A DNA stretch of 64,000 nucleotides, taken from the NCBI GenBank assembly GCA_023415915.1, contig JAEZIZ010000083.1, positions 124,336-188,335 of the forward strand, given 5' to 3'. Position numbers and translations under genes: made by a program. This DNA is from Bacillota bacterium (GTDB lineage Bacteria; Bacillota; Clostridia; Christensenellales; SZUA-584). Below, one piece after another: positions 9,952-20,691 of the stretch (the first letter of the stretch is position 1; each line of letters begins with the position of its first letter). The notes beneath the pieces are model-generated. The model made no database searches and had not been told where the DNA came from. It saw only the letters and a program-made list of their open reading frames with translations.

Positions 9952-11679
9952 ATGACGCTTGACGGATTAACGCTGCATTACATAGTAAAGGAAGCGGTGG
10001 ACGCGCTTACGGGCAGCAAGATAGACAAGGTGCACCAGCCGCAGCCAGACACGATACTGCTGTCTTTGCGCGCGCCGGGTATCAGTAGCCGACTTCTGAT
10101 AAGCGCCGGCGCAGCCGACTCGCGCATGTATATTACCGCAGCCAAGTATTCCAACCCCAAAGTTGCTCCTATGTTCTGCATGTTTCTGCGCAAGCATATA
10201 ACGGGCGCTAAAGTAAAGGCTATAGAGCAAATGGGGCTTGAGCGCGTCGTCAACATAACGCTGGAAACGAAGGACGATTTGGGGCTGCCTCACGAGCTTA
10301 CGCTTGTTGCCGAGCTGATGGGAAAGTACTCGAATATAATACTTAAAAACGAGCAGGATGTTATACTGGACAGCTTGCGCCACGTATCGAGCGCCCAGAG
10401 CCGCGTCCGCTGCGTGCTGCCCTCGCTTAAGTACGAGCTTCCCCAGTCAAACAAGCTTAACCCGATGAGCGTATCGGAAGCGACGCTTGTAGAGATGCTC
10501 AAAAAGCGCGGCACTAGAAAGCTTAAGGATTACCTCTCAAAGCTGCTGCAGGGCGTTTCGGGGCAGACTGCGGACGAGATAATATATAGGTATATGCCGC
10601 AAGGCTACGAGCCGCAGCCTCGCGAGGCGGAAAAGCTCGCCGATCTTATACTTTCGTTCTTCAACGGCCAAACGCCCGAACCCACGATGTACCTACACGA
10701 TAATGTGCCTTTCTTTTATTCGCCGTACAAATACATAAGCGTATCCGCAAACAATGCAAAGACATACGGCAGCGCCAACGAGCTTGCCGACGCTTATTAT
10801 ACCGCTTTGAGCGAAATACGCGAATTCAAAGCAAAGCGTGATTCTCTGCAGAGGCTGGTTTCAAAGCGGCTCGAGAAACATAACGCGCTGCTCGCAAAGC
10901 AGTCCGATGCTATAGAGCAGGCTAAAAAAGCGGACAGCTATAAAGCAATAGGCGATATGATAACCGCGAACATATACCGAATAAAAAAGGGCATGACTTC
11001 CGTTGCCGCCGAGGATTACATCACGGGACAGCAGATGCTTATAGAGCTTAACCCCCGGCTATCCCCCGCCGCAAACGCGCAGGCAAATTACAGAAAATAC
11101 GCAAAGCTCAAATCGGGCATGGATATAATGAAGAAACGCATGGAAGAGAACAAAGCCGAGATAGAATTTCTCGAAAGCGTTTTGGTGTCGCTGGAGTCTT
11201 CGGAAACCGCGGACGAGCTTTCAGAGACTGAGTTCGAGCTTTCAAGGGCGGGCGTCATATCAGTAAAGACCGCCGCTGTCAAAGCTACGGAAAAGCCTTC
11301 AGAGCCTCATAAGTTTATTTCATCCGACGGATATACGTTCTTTGCAGGCAAAAACAACCGCCAGAACGATACGCTTACGATGAAGACCGCTTCGCCCGAC
11401 GACATATGGCTGCACACAAAGGACATACCCGGTTCGCACGTTGTCATTATCCGACCCGGTGAAAGTGTGCCTGACAATACGCTATTTGAGGCCGCTACCG
11501 TTGCCGCGACTCTCAGCAAAGCAAAAGGCACCGCTAAGATTGCCGTAGATTACACGCGCGTTAAAAACGTGCGCAAGCCCGGAGGCGCAAAGCCCGGCAT
11601 GGTGGTGTACGATAAATACAACACAGTGCTCGTAAGCCCCGATAAAACGCTTTTTGATAAGCTTCTGGTTAAGCAGTAA
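9952..11679 (+). CDS. rqcH: ribosome quality control protein RqcH (NFACT / fibronectin-binding protein A family)
   Basis: Track ORF starts at 9745, but GGGGAGG precedes ATG 9952 (MTLDGLTLHYIVKE...). Long coiled-coil middle and C-terminal NFACT-R (WLHTKDIPGSHVVI). Confidence 0.88.
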   Translation: MTLDGLTLHYIVKEAVDALTGSKIDKVHQPQPDTILLSLRAPGISSRLLISAGAADSRMYITAAKYSNPKVAPMFCMFLRKHITGAKVKAIEQMGLERVVNITLETKDDLGLPHELTLVAELMGKYSNIILKNEQDVILDSLRHVSSAQSRVRCVLPSLKYELPQSNKLNPMSVSEATLVEMLKKRGTRKLKDYLSKLLQGVSGQTADEIIYRYMPQGYEPQPREAEKLADLILSFFNGQTPEPTMYLHDNVPFFYSPYKYISVSANNAKTYGSANELADAYYTALSEIREFKAKRDSLQRLVSKRLEKHNALLAKQSDAIEQAKKADSYKAIGDMITANIYRIKKGMTSVAAEDYITGQQMLIELNPRLSPAANAQANYRKYAKLKSGMDIMKKRMEENKAEIEFLESVLVSLESSETADELSETEFELSRAGVISVKTAAVKATEKPSEPHKFISSDGYTFFAGKNNRQNDTLTMKTASPDDIWLHTKDIPGSHVVIIRPGESVPDNTLFEAATVAATLSKAKGTAKIAVDYTRVKNVRKPGGAKPGMVVYDKYNTVLVSPDKTLFDKLLVKQ

Positions 11680-11705
11680 TATGTTTTATGGTATTAACTG
11701 GTTTT

Positions 11706-11733
11706 GTCATTCCGAGCGCAGCGAGAAATCTTT
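11706..11733. repeat. solo arm of the GTCATTCCGAGCG...GGAATC intergenic repeat family
   Basis: GTCATTCCGAGCGCAGCGAGAAATCTTT matches the arms at 25036-25063, 25170-25197, 54042-54066 and 54209-54242. Confidence 0.6.
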
Positions 11734-11811
11734 AGCGCTTTGCCTTTGTATTTTTAAATTTCTGAAAAACTATTCGTTGCTCCAACACTTAACGTTTATT
11801 TTTATCATAAT

Positions 11812-11835
11812 AAAAAAGACCTTGCGGTCTTTTTG
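11812..11835. terminator. bidirectional terminator between rqcH and yajC
   Basis: AAAAGACC ttgc GGTCTTTT with flanking A and T runs. Confidence 0.8.
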
Positions 11836-11846
11836 TTTATTCGAAA

Positions 11847-12170
11847 TTACTTTTTCTCAATAGTATTTTCTTCGTCAACTTCCGCGTCTTCAACCGTCGC
11901 TATCGCGCCCTTTGTGAAAACGAGACGGACTTTATCGGGCATAGCCTCTATCGTAACAAGGTCTTCCTTGACTGCGACTATTTTGCCGTACATGCCGCCT
12001 ATAGTCTTGACCATCTTACCGGGCACCATGCTTTCCATCATCTGCTGCATCTGCTTTTTCCTCTTTCTCTGAGGAATGACCATTAGCAGTACCATGGCGA
12101 CAACCATTACAATAAGCAGACCCCACTGAGATATAAAATCCATAAAACCGTTTCCCGTATTTGCTGGCAT
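11847..12170 (-). CDS. yajC: preprotein translocase subunit YajC
   Basis: 107 aa with a single N-terminal TM segment followed by PQRKRKKQ...GGMYGKIV. Lies next to tgt as in many bacteria. Confidence 0.9.
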   Translation of the reverse strand: MPANTGNGFMDFISQWGLLIVMVVAMVLLMVIPQRKRKKQMQQMMESMVPGKMVKTIGGMYGKIVAVKEDLVTIEAMPDKVRLVFTKGAIATVEDAEVDEENTIEKK

Positions 12171-12333
12171 CTTTCCACCATCCTTTTCTTTTGCGTTTTT
12201 CGATATCTATCAGTAAACCGGAATACTTGAACCGCAAAAAAGTACCGCAGTCTTCCATTCCATTTTCACTTCATATATCTTCGAGTATATATACTATATT
12301 AGAGACCGTCAAATATCAACCTATTTTTGATGA

Positions 12334-13467
<1,134 letters not shown>

Positions 13468-13580
13468 TTATTATGGCGCCCATAACGCGCTAATGCAGTT
13501 TTTACATTATACCATATCCCGTGAACGCCGCAACATCTATGCATTTATAAATGCTACGAAGAAAGCATATTCTTTGATTG

Positions 13581-15593
13581 TCAGTCTGCGTATATAGAGC
13601 GCAATATTGGTATTACATAATGGCTGCCTTCCCTGCCCTTTACGTCCTCTATCATCGCCACGGCAAGGCACTGCTTCGCGTTTTTGTCAGCGGGGTAAAC
13701 AATGAACCACCCAAGCTCCGTGCCTTCCTTATCGTCCTTTGATTTTTTTATCTCGGCAGTGCCTGTCTTTCCTGCGTAACTCGCGCCGTCTATCCTGAAC
13801 GAATGGCCGGTGCCGTCCGGGTTTTCAATAACCTTCACCATAGCGCTTTTAACGGCGCTTACCGCACCTTCCGTAAACACGTTTTCCTTCCAGACAGTCG
13901 GGGTTTTGCCCTTTTCGAGGTAAGGCGCCATCATATCGCCGCCGTTTAAAAACGCAGAATAAATCGAAGCCATATGTACGGGATTTACCTCCACCCTGCC
14001 TTGCCCGAAGCCGCTGTTAGCAACGTCTATCTCGTCCGCAAACTTAAGGTCCGTGCCAAAATAGGAACGGCCGAGGCCGAATTCAAACGGCACGTCTTCG
14101 CCGAAGCCTATGCTTTTAAGTCCGTCTGCAAGCGCGCTGCCGCCAATTTTCAGAGCGGCTTTTGCGAAATATATGTTGTCAGAGTATATAAGCGCGTTTG
14201 TAACGTTTGCCGCGCCTATGTATTGCTTCAGCGTGGATATGCTGTACTCCTTCCAGCTTTCTTTCTTCCACGTCTTTCCGCTGGGCCCGAAGTCCTCTTC
14301 TGCCGTAAACGCGCCGCCGCTGAGCCCGAGCGCCGCTATAATCGGCTTAATTGACGAGCCCGGCGCGTACGTCGCTTTAAAGCGGTTATACATGGGACGC
14401 GTTTGTTCGTTGTTGTATTCGTTCCACCGCTCCTCCGTCAGTCCCAGTATAAAATCGTTGGGGTCGTAAGACGGCGTGCTTACAAGCGCGAGTACCTCTC
14501 CGGTCTTCGGGTCCATAACGACCGCGGTTCCCTTGTCGTTCTTCATCTGCTCATACAGTTTGGCCTGCAGCCCGGAGTCTATCGTGAGCGTTACGTTTTC
14601 TCCGTTGCGTTCCTCGATGGTTGCGAGCACCTGCTTTTCGTTGCCGTCCTTGTCCGCTATGTATATCTTACAGCCGTCAACGCCGCGTAAGCGCTCTTCG
14701 AGTAGCTTTTCCATGCCCACCTTGCCTATCAGGCTGTCGGCCTTATACCCTTCGCCGGGATGCTCGTCCAACTCTTCTTTAGTGATGCTGCGTATGTAAC
14801 CGGTAAGAGCCGCGGCGGCAGGGCCGAGTTTATACACTCTGTCCTGCACGGTATTGAGCCCTGTTCCCTTTATAGCCAGCAGCTGCGCCTTTTTCTCCTC
14901 GTCGGTATACGATATGTTTCTGAGCGGAACAAAAAGGTCGTCTTTCACCCATTTTTCGGACAGCTTGGCGTTTATGTCTTCCACAGTCATTCCGAGTATC
15001 TGAGCCACTGTGGCGATATCTGCCTCGCGCGTTTCTGGGTTCATCTTTCCGGGTACAAAGCCTACCGAATATACGTCGGCCTTACCCACTATAAGTTCCT
15101 CATGCCTGTCGAGTATGCTTCCGCGCTCGCCTTTAAGAGTTTTTACGCGCACCTTATCGTCGTCGTTAAGGCCGGGGAATATTATGTTGGAGCTCCATTC
15201 GAGCTTATATACGCCGTCATACTCCCCGAACTCCGCCGTGTTGGGGAATTTGATCTGCCCCGCCTGCGTCTCCATCGACGTCATGTATTTGACCACATTT
15301 CCGTCACTCGTTACGTCGGATATTGTTATGTTCTTTGCATCTATGCCCTCGTATATGTTTTTATTGCGCTTTATGAATTCGTCTTTGGACATCGTGCTGT
15401 TTTCACTGATGTAACTGTACATGCGTTCATAGTCCCTGTCGTTAATTGCGGACATATACGCCTTTAAAATATCCTCCGAGCTGACCGGCTCGGCTGAAGT
15501 CGGCTCGGCTGTTGACACTGGGTTTGCGCACGCAGCCGAGACGATTATCAATACAGCTATAATTAAACACAATATAAAACGTTTCTTATCCAA
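13581..15593 (-). CDS. class B penicillin-binding protein (transpeptidase) with an NTF2/MecA_N-like N-terminal domain; lipoprotein-type signal
   Basis: SxxK (SSIK), SxN (SDN) and KTG (GKTGTAE) motifs. N-terminal LIIVSAAC lipobox. TTG start with a GGAG RBS. Confidence 0.88.
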   Translation of the reverse strand: MDKKRFILCLIIAVLIIVSAACANPVSTAEPTSAEPVSSEDILKAYMSAINDRDYERMYSYISENSTMSKDEFIKRNKNIYEGIDAKNITISDVTSDGNVVKYMTSMETQAGQIKFPNTAEFGEYDGVYKLEWSSNIIFPGLNDDDKVRVKTLKGERGSILDRHEELIVGKADVYSVGFVPGKMNPETREADIATVAQILGMTVEDINAKLSEKWVKDDLFVPLRNISYTDEEKKAQLLAIKGTGLNTVQDRVYKLGPAAAALTGYIRSITKEELDEHPGEGYKADSLIGKVGMEKLLEERLRGVDGCKIYIADKDGNEKQVLATIEERNGENVTLTIDSGLQAKLYEQMKNDKGTAVVMDPKTGEVLALVSTPSYDPNDFILGLTEERWNEYNNEQTRPMYNRFKATYAPGSSIKPIIAALGLSGGAFTAEEDFGPSGKTWKKESWKEYSISTLKQYIGAANVTNALIYSDNIYFAKAALKIGGSALADGLKSIGFGEDVPFEFGLGRSYFGTDLKFADEIDVANSGFGQGRVEVNPVHMASIYSAFLNGGDMMAPYLEKGKTPTVWKENVFTEGAVSAVKSAMVKVIENPDGTGHSFRIDGASYAGKTGTAEIKKSKDDKEGTELGWFIVYPADKNAKQCLAVAMIEDVKGREGSHYVIPILRSIYAD

Positions 15594-15785
15594 CTCGAAT
15601 TCTCCGTTTCATCTGACAGAATGATTCTATTTACCATTTATTATATCTTATATATCTTTTGTACTCAAATACAAAATGTGATATCCTTTGTGAATATTTG
15701 CATGAAAATTACAAAGCCATACCTTTTATTTCACTCTTGTTCATTCGATACGGCTTAAACTGGATAGTATTGTATTTTTTCGGGA

Positions 15786-16805
15786 TTATAATATGAGCAT
15801 GGCGTCACCGAAGCTGAAGAAGCGGTATCTTAGCTCAACCGCCTGCCTATACAGCTCGAGCACCTTTTCTCTTCCTGCGAACGCCGAAACGAGCATGAGC
15901 AGCGTAGATTCCGGCAAATGGAAGTTGGTTATCATAGCGTCCACAGCTTTAAATCTGTAACCGGGAGTTATGAATATGCCGGTGTTACCGCTGCCCGCGT
16001 GAATTGTTCCGCTTTCATCGGAAACCGTCTCGAGCGTGCGCACGCTCGTCGTGCCTACGGCTATTATCCTTCCGCCCTTCTTGCGAGCTCCGTTTATCAA
16101 AGAGGCCGCGTTTTCGGATACCGAATAGTATTCTTCGTGCATTATATGGTCTTCTACGTTTTCCGATTTGACTGGCCGGAACGTACCCAAGCCTACGTGC
16201 AGCAGCAGACGCGCTATGCTTACTCCGCTTTCTTCTATGCTTTTAAGCAGCTTGGGCGTAAAATGCAGCCCCGCGGTGGGCGCGGCAGCCGAGCCCTGTT
16301 CTTTGGCGTACACTGTCTGATACCGCGTCTTGTCGGCAAGCTTCTCATGTATGTATGGAGGCAGAGGCATTTCTCCCAGCTCGTCGAGTATCTTTTCAAA
16401 CACCCCGTCGTATAAAAAGCATACTTCCGTGACCCCTTCCTGCTTCTTTTCAAGTATCTTTGCCGAAAGCTTACCCGAAAAATCCACAGTGTCGCCGATC
16501 TTTAGCTTTCTGCCCGGCTTCATTATTACGTCCCAATTTGTAAGCGACAAGCGTTTAAGAAGCAAGAATTCGCACGCGCGCCCATCGCGTTTTTCTCCGT
16601 ACAGCCTTGCGGGTATTACTTTCGTCTCGTTTATTACGAGCACGTCTTCGGGTTTTAAGTATTCCGTTATGTCGGAAAACACCTTGTGCTGCACTTCGCC
16701 GGTTTTCCTGTTGTAAACAAAAAGCCTTGACTTGTCGCGCTCGGCAATAGGCGTCTGCGCTATAAGGCTTTCGTCAAGGTCGTAATAAAAATCGCTTGTC
16801 TTCAA
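15786..16805 (-). CDS. queA: S-adenosylmethionine:tRNA ribosyltransferase-isomerase
   Basis: 339 aa with FDYDLPESLIAQ-like N-terminus ([14 protein letters not shown]) and C-terminal [15 protein letters not shown] start after GGAGG. Confidence 0.95.
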   Translation of the reverse strand: MKTSDFYYDLDESLIAQTPIAERDKSRLFVYNRKTGEVQHKVFSDITEYLKPEDVLVINETKVIPARLYGEKRDGRACEFLLLKRLSLTNWDVIMKPGRKLKIGDTVDFSGKLSAKILEKKQEGVTEVCFLYDGVFEKILDELGEMPLPPYIHEKLADKTRYQTVYAKEQGSAAAPTAGLHFTPKLLKSIEESGVSIARLLLHVGLGTFRPVKSENVEDHIMHEEYYSVSENAASLINGARKKGGRIIAVGTTSVRTLETVSDESGTIHAGSGNTGIFITPGYRFKAVDAMITNFHLPESTLLMLVSAFAGREKVLELYRQAVELRYRFFSFGDAMLIL

Positions 16806-16826
16806 CTATTCCTCCGTTAAACAACC

Positions 16827-16846
16827 AAAAAGCCTCACGGCTTTTT
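16827..16846 (-). terminator. terminator after ruvB
   Basis: AAAAGCC tcac GGCTTTT hairpin with U-run on the minus strand. Confidence 0.65.
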
Positions 16847-16875
16847 GGGGACCCCGTTTTTTCACCTCGAAAAAC

Positions 16876-17919
16876 TTACGGTTTTTCTTCGATATCCAGC
16901 TTAAGCTGTTGCGTATCGCAGTTGTAAGCATAGCCCATATGCGTGTATGCAAGCTTTGTAGCCACCCTTCCCCTCGGCGTCTTGTTTATAAAGCCCAGCT
17001 GTATCAGATACGGCTCGTATACGTCCTCTATTGTCACCCGCTCCTCGTTGGTCGCCGCGCATAGCGTATCAAGCCCCACCGGTCCGCCTCCGAACTTCAG
17101 CATTATAGTATCCAGTATGTTCTTGTCTACGCCGTCGAGGCCAATCTCGTCCACTTCAAGCATCTCAAGCGCATGCCGCGCGGCTTCCAGCGTTATCTCC
17201 CCGTTGCCTTGTATTTCCGCAAAGTCGCGTATGCGCTTTAGCAGCCTGTTAGCAACCCTCGGCGTTCCACGCGAGCGCGAAGCTATCTCAAGCGCAGCGT
17301 CGTCTTTAACAGGCACTCCGAGTATTCCGGCGGAGCGCTTAATAATTCGCGAGAGCTCTTCGGGCGTATACATCTGAAGCCGGTGTATAACGCCGAACCT
17401 GTCGCGCAGCGGCGACGTGAGCATTCCGGCTCTCGTTGTCGCGCCCACGAGCGTAAATTTGGGCAGATCGAGCCTTAAAGTCCTCGCGGACGGGCCTTTT
17501 CCTATTATTATATCCAGAGAAAAGTCTTCCATAGCGGGATAGAGCACTTCTTCCACGCTGCTGGAGAGCCTGTGCACTTCGTCTATGAACAGTACGTCGC
17601 CTTTGTTAAGGTTAGTAAGTATAGAAGCGAGGTCTCCCGGGCGCTCTATCGCGGGCCCTGAAGTCACGCGTATGTTAACACCCATTTCGGCGGCGATAAT
17701 AAATGCGAGAGTAGTTTTGCCAAGCCCCGGAGGCCCGTAAAGCAGCACGTGGTCAAGCGGCTCGCCGCGCTGTTTGGCGGCTGCCATAAAGACTTTAAGA
17801 TTTTCCTTCGCTTTTTCCTGCCCCACATACTCGTCGAGCGTCCTGGGACGCAGCGAATAATCCGTAGCAGCTTCCGCTTCGTTAAGCTCTGCGGAAACTA
17901 TCCTTCCCTCTTCCGTCAT
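16876..17919 (-). CDS. ruvB: Holliday junction branch migration helicase RuvB
   Basis: Walker [10 protein letters not shown], Walker B LFIDEVHR, 347 aa. Confidence 0.97.
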   Translation of the reverse strand: MTEEGRIVSAELNEAEAATDYSLRPRTLDEYVGQEKAKENLKVFMAAAKQRGEPLDHVLLYGPPGLGKTTLAFIIAAEMGVNIRVTSGPAIERPGDLASILTNLNKGDVLFIDEVHRLSSSVEEVLYPAMEDFSLDIIIGKGPSARTLRLDLPKFTLVGATTRAGMLTSPLRDRFGVIHRLQMYTPEELSRIIKRSAGILGVPVKDDAALEIASRSRGTPRVANRLLKRIRDFAEIQGNGEITLEAARHALEMLEVDEIGLDGVDKNILDTIMLKFGGGPVGLDTLCAATNEERVTIEDVYEPYLIQLGFINKTPRGRVATKLAYTHMGYAYNCDTQQLKLDIEEKP

Positions 17920-17929
17920 GCCGCCTCCT

Positions 17930-18514
17930 TTAAGCGCCCATGCGCTTCAATGCCATCAGTATTATGTCTTCCGCCGTGTCGCCGAGGTTTTTTACGGACG
18001 ATACAGCGCGTATAGCTTCTGCCCTGTTGTAACCTAGCGCTACGAGCGCGCTTACCGCTTCGGCTTCTTTATCCATGGCAACATCGGCAGCGCCGCCGTC
18101 TTCCGCCATACCAGCGGCAGACAACTTGCCCGCGAGGTCTATTATTATCCTTTGGGCGGTTTTCTTGCCTACGCCGCTTATCTTTTCAAAAGCGCGTTCG
18201 TCCGAAGTTATTACCGCCGCCGCAATATCGCTTACCTTCATCGCGGAAAGTATCGAAAGCGCGACTTTCGGCCCTATGCCCGAAACGCCTGTAAGCTTAA
18301 TAAAAAGCTCCTTCTCTTCAGGCGTTGTAAAGCCGTACAGCGTGTGCGCGTCTTCCCTCACTACAAAGTGGCAGTAAAGCTTAGACTTCTCTCCAGCCTT
18401 TATATGAAGCAGAGACTGAGCGGTAGTGTTTATGTGGTAACCTACGCCGCCGGCTTCCACCACCGCGTAATCCTTTCCCGTTTCGACTACTTCGCCCCTG
18501 ATATAATCGTACAT
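17930..18514 (-). CDS. ruvA: Holliday junction DNA helicase RuvA
   Basis: Track ORF extends to 18583. The homologous N-terminus MYDYIRGEV starts at 18514 after AAGGAG. HhH motifs GVSGIGPK and GVGKKTAQR. Confidence 0.93.
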   Translation of the reverse strand: MYDYIRGEVVETGKDYAVVEAGGVGYHINTTAQSLLHIKAGEKSKLYCHFVVREDAHTLYGFTTPEEKELFIKLTGVSGIGPKVALSILSAMKVSDIAAAVITSDERAFEKISGVGKKTAQRIIIDLAGKLSAAGMAEDGGAADVAMDKEAEAVSALVALGYNRAEAIRAVSSVKNLGDTAEDIILMALKRMGA

Positions 18515-18525
18515 ATAAGAGCTCC

Positions 18526-19020
18526 TTACTTTATCCTGAAGTTTTCCGCGAACCTGCAGCTGTGCGCGTGGCATATTGCGCATGCCACGGCGTCCGCGGC
18601 GTCGTCCGGCTTTATTACGTCGCCAAGTCCCAAAAGCAGCCTCACCATCTCCTGCACCTGCTTTTTGTCCGCTCTGCCGTAACCTGCGACGGCCTGCTTT
18701 ATCTGAATAGGAGTATATTCGTAAAGCCCGGCTCCCGAATCAAAAGCGGCAGCCATCGCCGCGCCACGCGCCTGAGCCACCTGTATTACCGTCTTTAGGT
18801 TCTTACCGGAAAACAGTTCTTCAAACGCCACGCAATCGGGTTCGTATTTTAAAAGCAGCTGCTTGATATTCGTATATATCGATGAAAGGCGCTTCGGGAA
18901 CGGCACGCCTGCCTCCGTAATGATAACGCCGCATTCTAAAAGCGTTACTTTGTCGTTATTTGAATCTATTACCCCGTAACCCATAAGCGCCAGCCCCGGG
19001 TCTATTCCGAGTATCTTCAT
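18526..19020 (-). CDS. ruvC: crossover junction endodeoxyribonuclease RuvC
   Basis: The conserved start MKILGIDPG lies at 19020; the track ORF extends to 19074 with no RBS. The C-terminus carries DAADAVACAICH. Confidence 0.9.
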   Translation of the reverse strand: MKILGIDPGLALMGYGVIDSNNDKVTLLECGVIITEAGVPFPKRLSSIYTNIKQLLLKYEPDCVAFEELFSGKNLKTVIQVAQARGAAMAAAFDSGAGLYEYTPIQIKQAVAGYGRADKKQVQEMVRLLLGLGDVIKPDDAADAVACAICHAHSCRFAENFRIK

Positions 19021-19223
19021 AAAAAAAGCGCAGCCTTTCACGTATCGCGCGTCTCTCTTAGCCTTACCTTGCATTGCTTCGCTAAAACGGCGAGGAGCCC
19101 CTGATACGTTTAACTAAATCTACTCATATAACTATAATTGCACTGAGTAACGTTGTCAAACAGAGAAACTCAGCTCCGGCCATGCCGCCGTAAAGCCTTA
19201 AGATTATTTACTGTGGAAATAAA

Positions 19224-19253
19224 CAAAAGCCTCCGTAATTGCGGAAGCTTTTG
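19224..19253 (-). terminator. terminator after rplT
   Basis: On the minus strand, GCTTCCG caatta CGGAGGC followed by TTTTGTTT. Confidence 0.65.
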
Positions 19254-19307
19254 TATCAGCTTACATTACCAGCCCTAAAAGCCGCATGACTTTTAAGTAT
19301 TATTGTT

Positions 19308-19667
19308 TTAAGCATTAAGTTTATTCTTTGCGACGTTTACCATCCCGGCAAATGCGGTTTTATCGTTAACAGCCATGTCCGCAAGTATCTTCCTGTTTAC
19401 CTGCACTCCGGCTAGTTTTAAACCGTTTATAAGACGTGAATAGCTTATGCCGTTTACCCTCGCTTCGGCGTTTATCCTTGTAATCCAAAGGCTTCTGAAA
19501 TCCCTTTTCTTAAGCTTTCTTCCGACATAAGCGTACCTTAAGGATTTCATTACGGCCTGGTTAGCCGCTTTAAATTGCTTTGACTTGGCTCCGTAATAAC
19601 CTTTTGCGAGCTTTAATATCTTCTTGTGTTTTTTACGGGCGTTTATTGCCCCTTTTACTCTTGCCAT
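19308..19667 (-). CDS. rplT: 50S ribosomal protein L20
   Basis: [26 protein letters not shown]..., 119 aa. Confidence 0.98.
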   Translation of the reverse strand: MARVKGAINARKKHKKILKLAKGYYGAKSKQFKAANQAVMKSLRYAYVGRKLKKRDFRSLWITRINAEARVNGISYSRLINGLKLAGVQVNRKILADMAVNDKTAFAGMVNVAKNKLNA

Positions 19668-19687
19668 TTTCGCTACCTCCTGAAAGT

Positions 19688-19885
19688 CTACTTATAAGGG
19701 ATCAGCTGTTTAATGCTTTTCTCTTCAGCAGCATCCACATATGTTCCCTGCCTCAAATTCCTCTTGCGCTTTGTGCTTTTTTTGTTGAGGATGTGTCTTT
19801 TGTAAGCTTTTGCTCTTTTTATTTTGCCGCTCTTAGTAAGAGAAAACCTTTTCGCGGCGCCCCTGTGAGTCTTGATTTTTGGCAT
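19688..19885 (-). CDS. rpmI: 50S ribosomal protein L35
   Basis: [14 protein letters not shown]..., 65 aa. Confidence 0.98.
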   Translation of the reverse strand: MPKIKTHRGAAKRFSLTKSGKIKRAKAYKRHILNKKSTKRKRNLRQGTYVDAAEEKSIKQLIPYK

Positions 19886-19904
19886 CCTTTTTGTACCCTC
19901 CTCG

Positions 19905-20414
19905 TTAGTTCTTTGGTGCTAATATCATAAACATATTTCTGCCTTCGATTTTTGCCTGTTTCTCTATTGAAGCGTTTTCCTGTACCATAGCAAAGAATTC
20001 GTTCATTACCAGCATGCCCTGCTCAGTATGAGCCATTTGCCTTCCCCTGAAGCGTATTGAGACCTTCACTTTATCTCCGGCCTTTAAAAACTTTGATACA
20101 TTTTTCGCTTTAACCTCGAGGTCATGCTTATCAATTGTCGCAGAAAGCCTCATCTCTTTCATTTCAATGATCTTTTGGTTTTTCTTCGCTTCCCGCTGCT
20201 TTTTGGCCTGCTCGAATCTGAATTTACCGTAATCCATTATCTTGCACACCGGCGGATTCGCGTTTGGTGAAACCTTCACAAGATCAAGACCCTTTTGTTC
20301 CGCAATCTCCATCGCCTCACGCGCAGACATAACGCCTAACTGCTGACCGTCGTCCGACACAACGCGGACGTTCCTGTCGCGTATCTGCTCGTTAATCTGA
20401 TGTTCAGTTGCTAT
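19905..20414 (-). CDS. infC: translation initiation factor IF-3 (probable non-canonical ATA start)
   Basis: The ATG at 20429 chosen by the track lies inside the Shine-Dalgarno ATGGAGGTG. An ATA codon at 20414-20412 follows GGAGGTG at 6-nt spacing. IF-3 genes classically use AUU/AUA starts. Confidence 0.9.
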   Translation of the reverse strand: MATEHQINEQIRDRNVRVVSDDGQQLGVMSAREAMEIAEQKGLDLVKVSPNANPPVCKIMDYGKFRFEQAKKQREAKKNQKIIEMKEMRLSATIDKHDLEVKAKNVSKFLKAGDKVKVSIRFRGRQMAHTEQGMLVMNEFFAMVQENASIEKQAKIEGRNMFMILAPKN

Positions 20415-20429
20415 AGTAAACACCTCCAT

Positions 20430-20590
20430 AATTATTTATGCGCATATTAGCGCATTTTGGAACGGCTTAAGCGTTCCTAAGCAAATAAAAAAACGGGCAG
20501 ACTACCCGCTATAAACAAACTATTTTGCTTACGCTTACCATACCTGGCTCATGCCGGCAGGTGAGAAACGGGCAGTCTCTACTTTCAAGC
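20430..20590 (-). promoter_or_regulatory. infC-rpmI-rplT leader with mutually exclusive antiterminator/terminator helices (L20-leader type)
   Basis: In the minus-strand RNA, AGACUGCCCG (20578-20569) can pair over 10 bp with CGGGUAGUCU (20508-20499). The latter also forms CGGGUA guc UGCCCG followed by U7 (20508-20487). Confidence 0.55.
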
Positions 20591-20596
20591 AGAAGA

Positions 20597-20625
20597 ATAA
20601 TAGCACAACTTTATACCGATGTCAA
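20597..20625 (-). promoter_or_regulatory. sigma-A type promoter of the infC operon
   Basis: TTGACA (reverse complement of 20620-20625), a 17-bp spacer, then TATTAT (reverse complement of 20597-20602). Confidence 0.55.
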
Positions 20626-20691
20626 CAAAATTGACAATATGTATTATCCTTTATTTTCTTTCCTTTCTATAAACTCAAGAAGGCAGCTCCG

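Noticed and set aside
16847-16862. GGGGACCCCGTTTTTT as a plus-strand terminator.
   Set aside because: The stem is only 4 bp and no plus-strand gene ends nearby. The adjacent AAAAGCC...GGCTTTT hairpin explains termination of ruvB on the minus strand.
18515-18583. N-terminal extensions of ruvA (to 18583) and ruvC (to 19074). Similar 5' extensions in the track affect trmD, coaD, rpiR, surE, yjbQ, the folate cyclo-ligase, the ACT protein, ylbJ, khpA and rpsP.
   Set aside because: In each case an internal ATG preceded by a good Shine-Dalgarno coincides with the conserved family N-terminus. The extension overlaps the upstream gene or contains the RBS itself.
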